In this document: positions 62,228-64,000 of the stretch, piece after piece | Layout: each line of letters begins with the position of its first letter | Position numbering within the stretch: position 1 is the first letter of the stretch | Assembly: GCA_950097015.1 (NCBI GenBank) | Contig: CATNEN010000008.1 | Span: 2,108,001-2,172,000, forward strand | Origin: Macrostomum hystrix | Lineage: Eukaryota > Animalia > Platyhelminthes | Direction of reading: 5' to 3' | DNA: 64,000 nt | The notes under the pieces: model-generated | What the model was told of the DNA's origin: nothing | Databases searched by the model: none | Seen by the model: only the letters and a program-made list of their open reading frames with translations | Made by a program: the position numbers and the translations under genes

Positions 62228-62971
62228 TTCCCATGGTCCCGTGCCGAGAATTTCAATTTTATCCACATGGATTGGTGCCGATAATTTTCTGCTTATCCAC
62301 ATAGCAGCTTGTATAAATAGGTCTACTTTCAAGTCCCTACCTATTCTTCTCTGAGCATAAGGCTTTTGCTTCAGAGTATAGTGTATACTGTACACTATCA
62401 ATGTATAGTGTAAAATAATAACAATGATGTGTGATAATATGTGTGACGAGTTTGGTGCTGACTAGAATTCTGCTGGTTGACTTGTATGATTTTCTTTGAT
62501 GAACTTCTTACTTTTTCAGTCAATACAATTCAAATGAAACCACGTAACTATGACAAAATATGCAGTAGGCCTAATTTGTTATTACAATAATTAAAAAGGA
62601 TGACATTAATGTTGGTTAATGAATGTGAAGGTCAAAATGTAGAACACATTCGTAACACATTGGCAACTTTGTCGATCTATTGGCTTGAGGGTTCAACAAA
62701 ATGTATAAACCCGAAAGGGCCTCGTTTCAAAAAAACAGAACTGTGTGGATATAATTGAAATTAACGGCACGGCATATTTATATAAAGAATTTTAGACCTA
62801 TTCATACAAGCTGCCGTGTGGATAAGCAGAAAATTATTGGCATGGCTCCGAGTGGATAAAATTAAAATTAACGGCACGGCATATTTATATAAAGAGTTGT
62901 GGATAAGCAGAAAATTATCAGCACGGATCTGTGTGGATAAAATTGAAATTATTGGCACGGGACCGTGGAAA
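62228..62971. mobile_element. MITE / non-autonomous DNA transposon with about 100-bp imperfect TIRs and a probable TA TSD
   Basis: The left end TTCCCATGGTCCCGTGCC...TTTTATCCACA...TTTTCTGCTTATCCACA...CAGCTTGTAT is mirrored at 62793-62971, where the right arm carries duplicated subrepeats. TA at 62226-62227 and 62972-62973 sits in a GCTTAAGC-type site. Confidence 0.7.
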
Positions 62972-64000
62972 TAAGCTCTGCCTTCTTTTTTATCTATAAC
63001 CTCGCTTAAAAGTGTGTTTAAAAGTGTATGTTTTGTAGTTTTTTTGTCTGAAAATGATATATGGATAGTTTCTGCATTCTAGCTCAGCCGCCTTTGTATG
63101 CTATTGCTGTAAGTGTAGCAGTATGACGAAGACAATGGTGAACGTGTAGCGGTAGCAATTATTTGGTAGCTTCTTAGTTGTAGCTAGCACGGTTATGTTT
63201 GTTCTTCAGTTGGCGTATTTACTTATTTCTTTCGAAGCGTAAAAATGCACTTTATGAGCTCGACCACTTAAGCACTTTGGGGGTTATAATACAGTGCGAG
63301 ACAGACGGTTACTATAAAGTCTAACTTAACCTACTCTACAAATTATAAGTCAATGGCTTGATAGCTGAGACTTTACATTTAAATTCAGATTGCGTTCAGT
63401 AGAAACAAAATTACTTGCTGTTGCTCTCTCGCGCTGCCTCAGCGTTCCGATTTAAACACGCATAGTCGCAGAACAAATGAACGAGCAGGGAAAGAGACAG
63501 AGCAAACCAGGGGACGCACGAGAGAAAGGGGCAAGCAAGCAGCTCTGAACTAAAAATCACGTTTCTTCGAATACATTTTAAAGGCTATGAAATTCTACGA
63601 ATCCGCAATATAACAAACCATTGGCATTGAAGCGATTAAACAGTTCAACGAGTATCAACGACTATTGCTAACCTATGGAAAGAACCGAGCAAATTAATAT
63701 TCACGCAAACTTATTGTAACAAAAAATATGACTTCACGACGTCACAGGAGCTTCGATGTATAAAAGTTCCTAATAAATATTCCTAATTCCTTATCAACAC
63801 AATCAAATCAAATCCAATAAAATATATGGGTTTTTCTCATCTAGATTGGATGGTGTTGTAATATAATGATTGTCCTAGCTGGAGCGTGAGGAATTTAAGG
63901 ACAAACAAGCTGACACTAGTGTAATTGTCAAGCAGTCATCTCACGTACAATTTTCATGCACTATTACACAATATACATGCAAAGACCAGTAAACATGCAC

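Noticed and set aside
59896-63000. Short ORFs in the AT-rich region upstream of TMEM164
   Set aside because: They are under 100 aa, compositionally non-coding, and have no motifs; one lies inside the MITE arm.

Overview
Eukaryotic (spliceosomal-intron) genomic DNA, most likely the flatworm Macrostomum. This is inferred from GC-rich exons, minisatellite-filled introns and a 34-nt match to the M. lignano spliced-leader sequence as I recall it. Eight multi-exon genes could be assembled by hand with frame-consistent GT-AG junctions. On + these are DDX51, ABT1/ESF2, GSS and an LPCAT1/2-family acyltransferase. On - they are TAMM41, an unnamed ankyrin-repeat protein, BUB3 and TMEM164. More than 20 different minisatellite arrays (14-49 bp units) fill introns and intergenic space, and most long six-frame ORFs are artefacts of these arrays. 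Mobile elements are a decayed, internally deleted RTE-type LINE with a probable TSD, a tRNA/CORE-type SINE family, a foldback-like element and a MITE. Four observations stand out: (1) an antisense spliced-leader fragment fused to the 5' junction of the LINE; (2) a cluster of four hairpins at 29.0-29.9 kb, three with near-identical geometry; (3) genes (LPCAT, possibly GSS) whose start codon may be supplied by the AUG-terminated flatworm spliced leader; (4) a possible trans-spliced operon.
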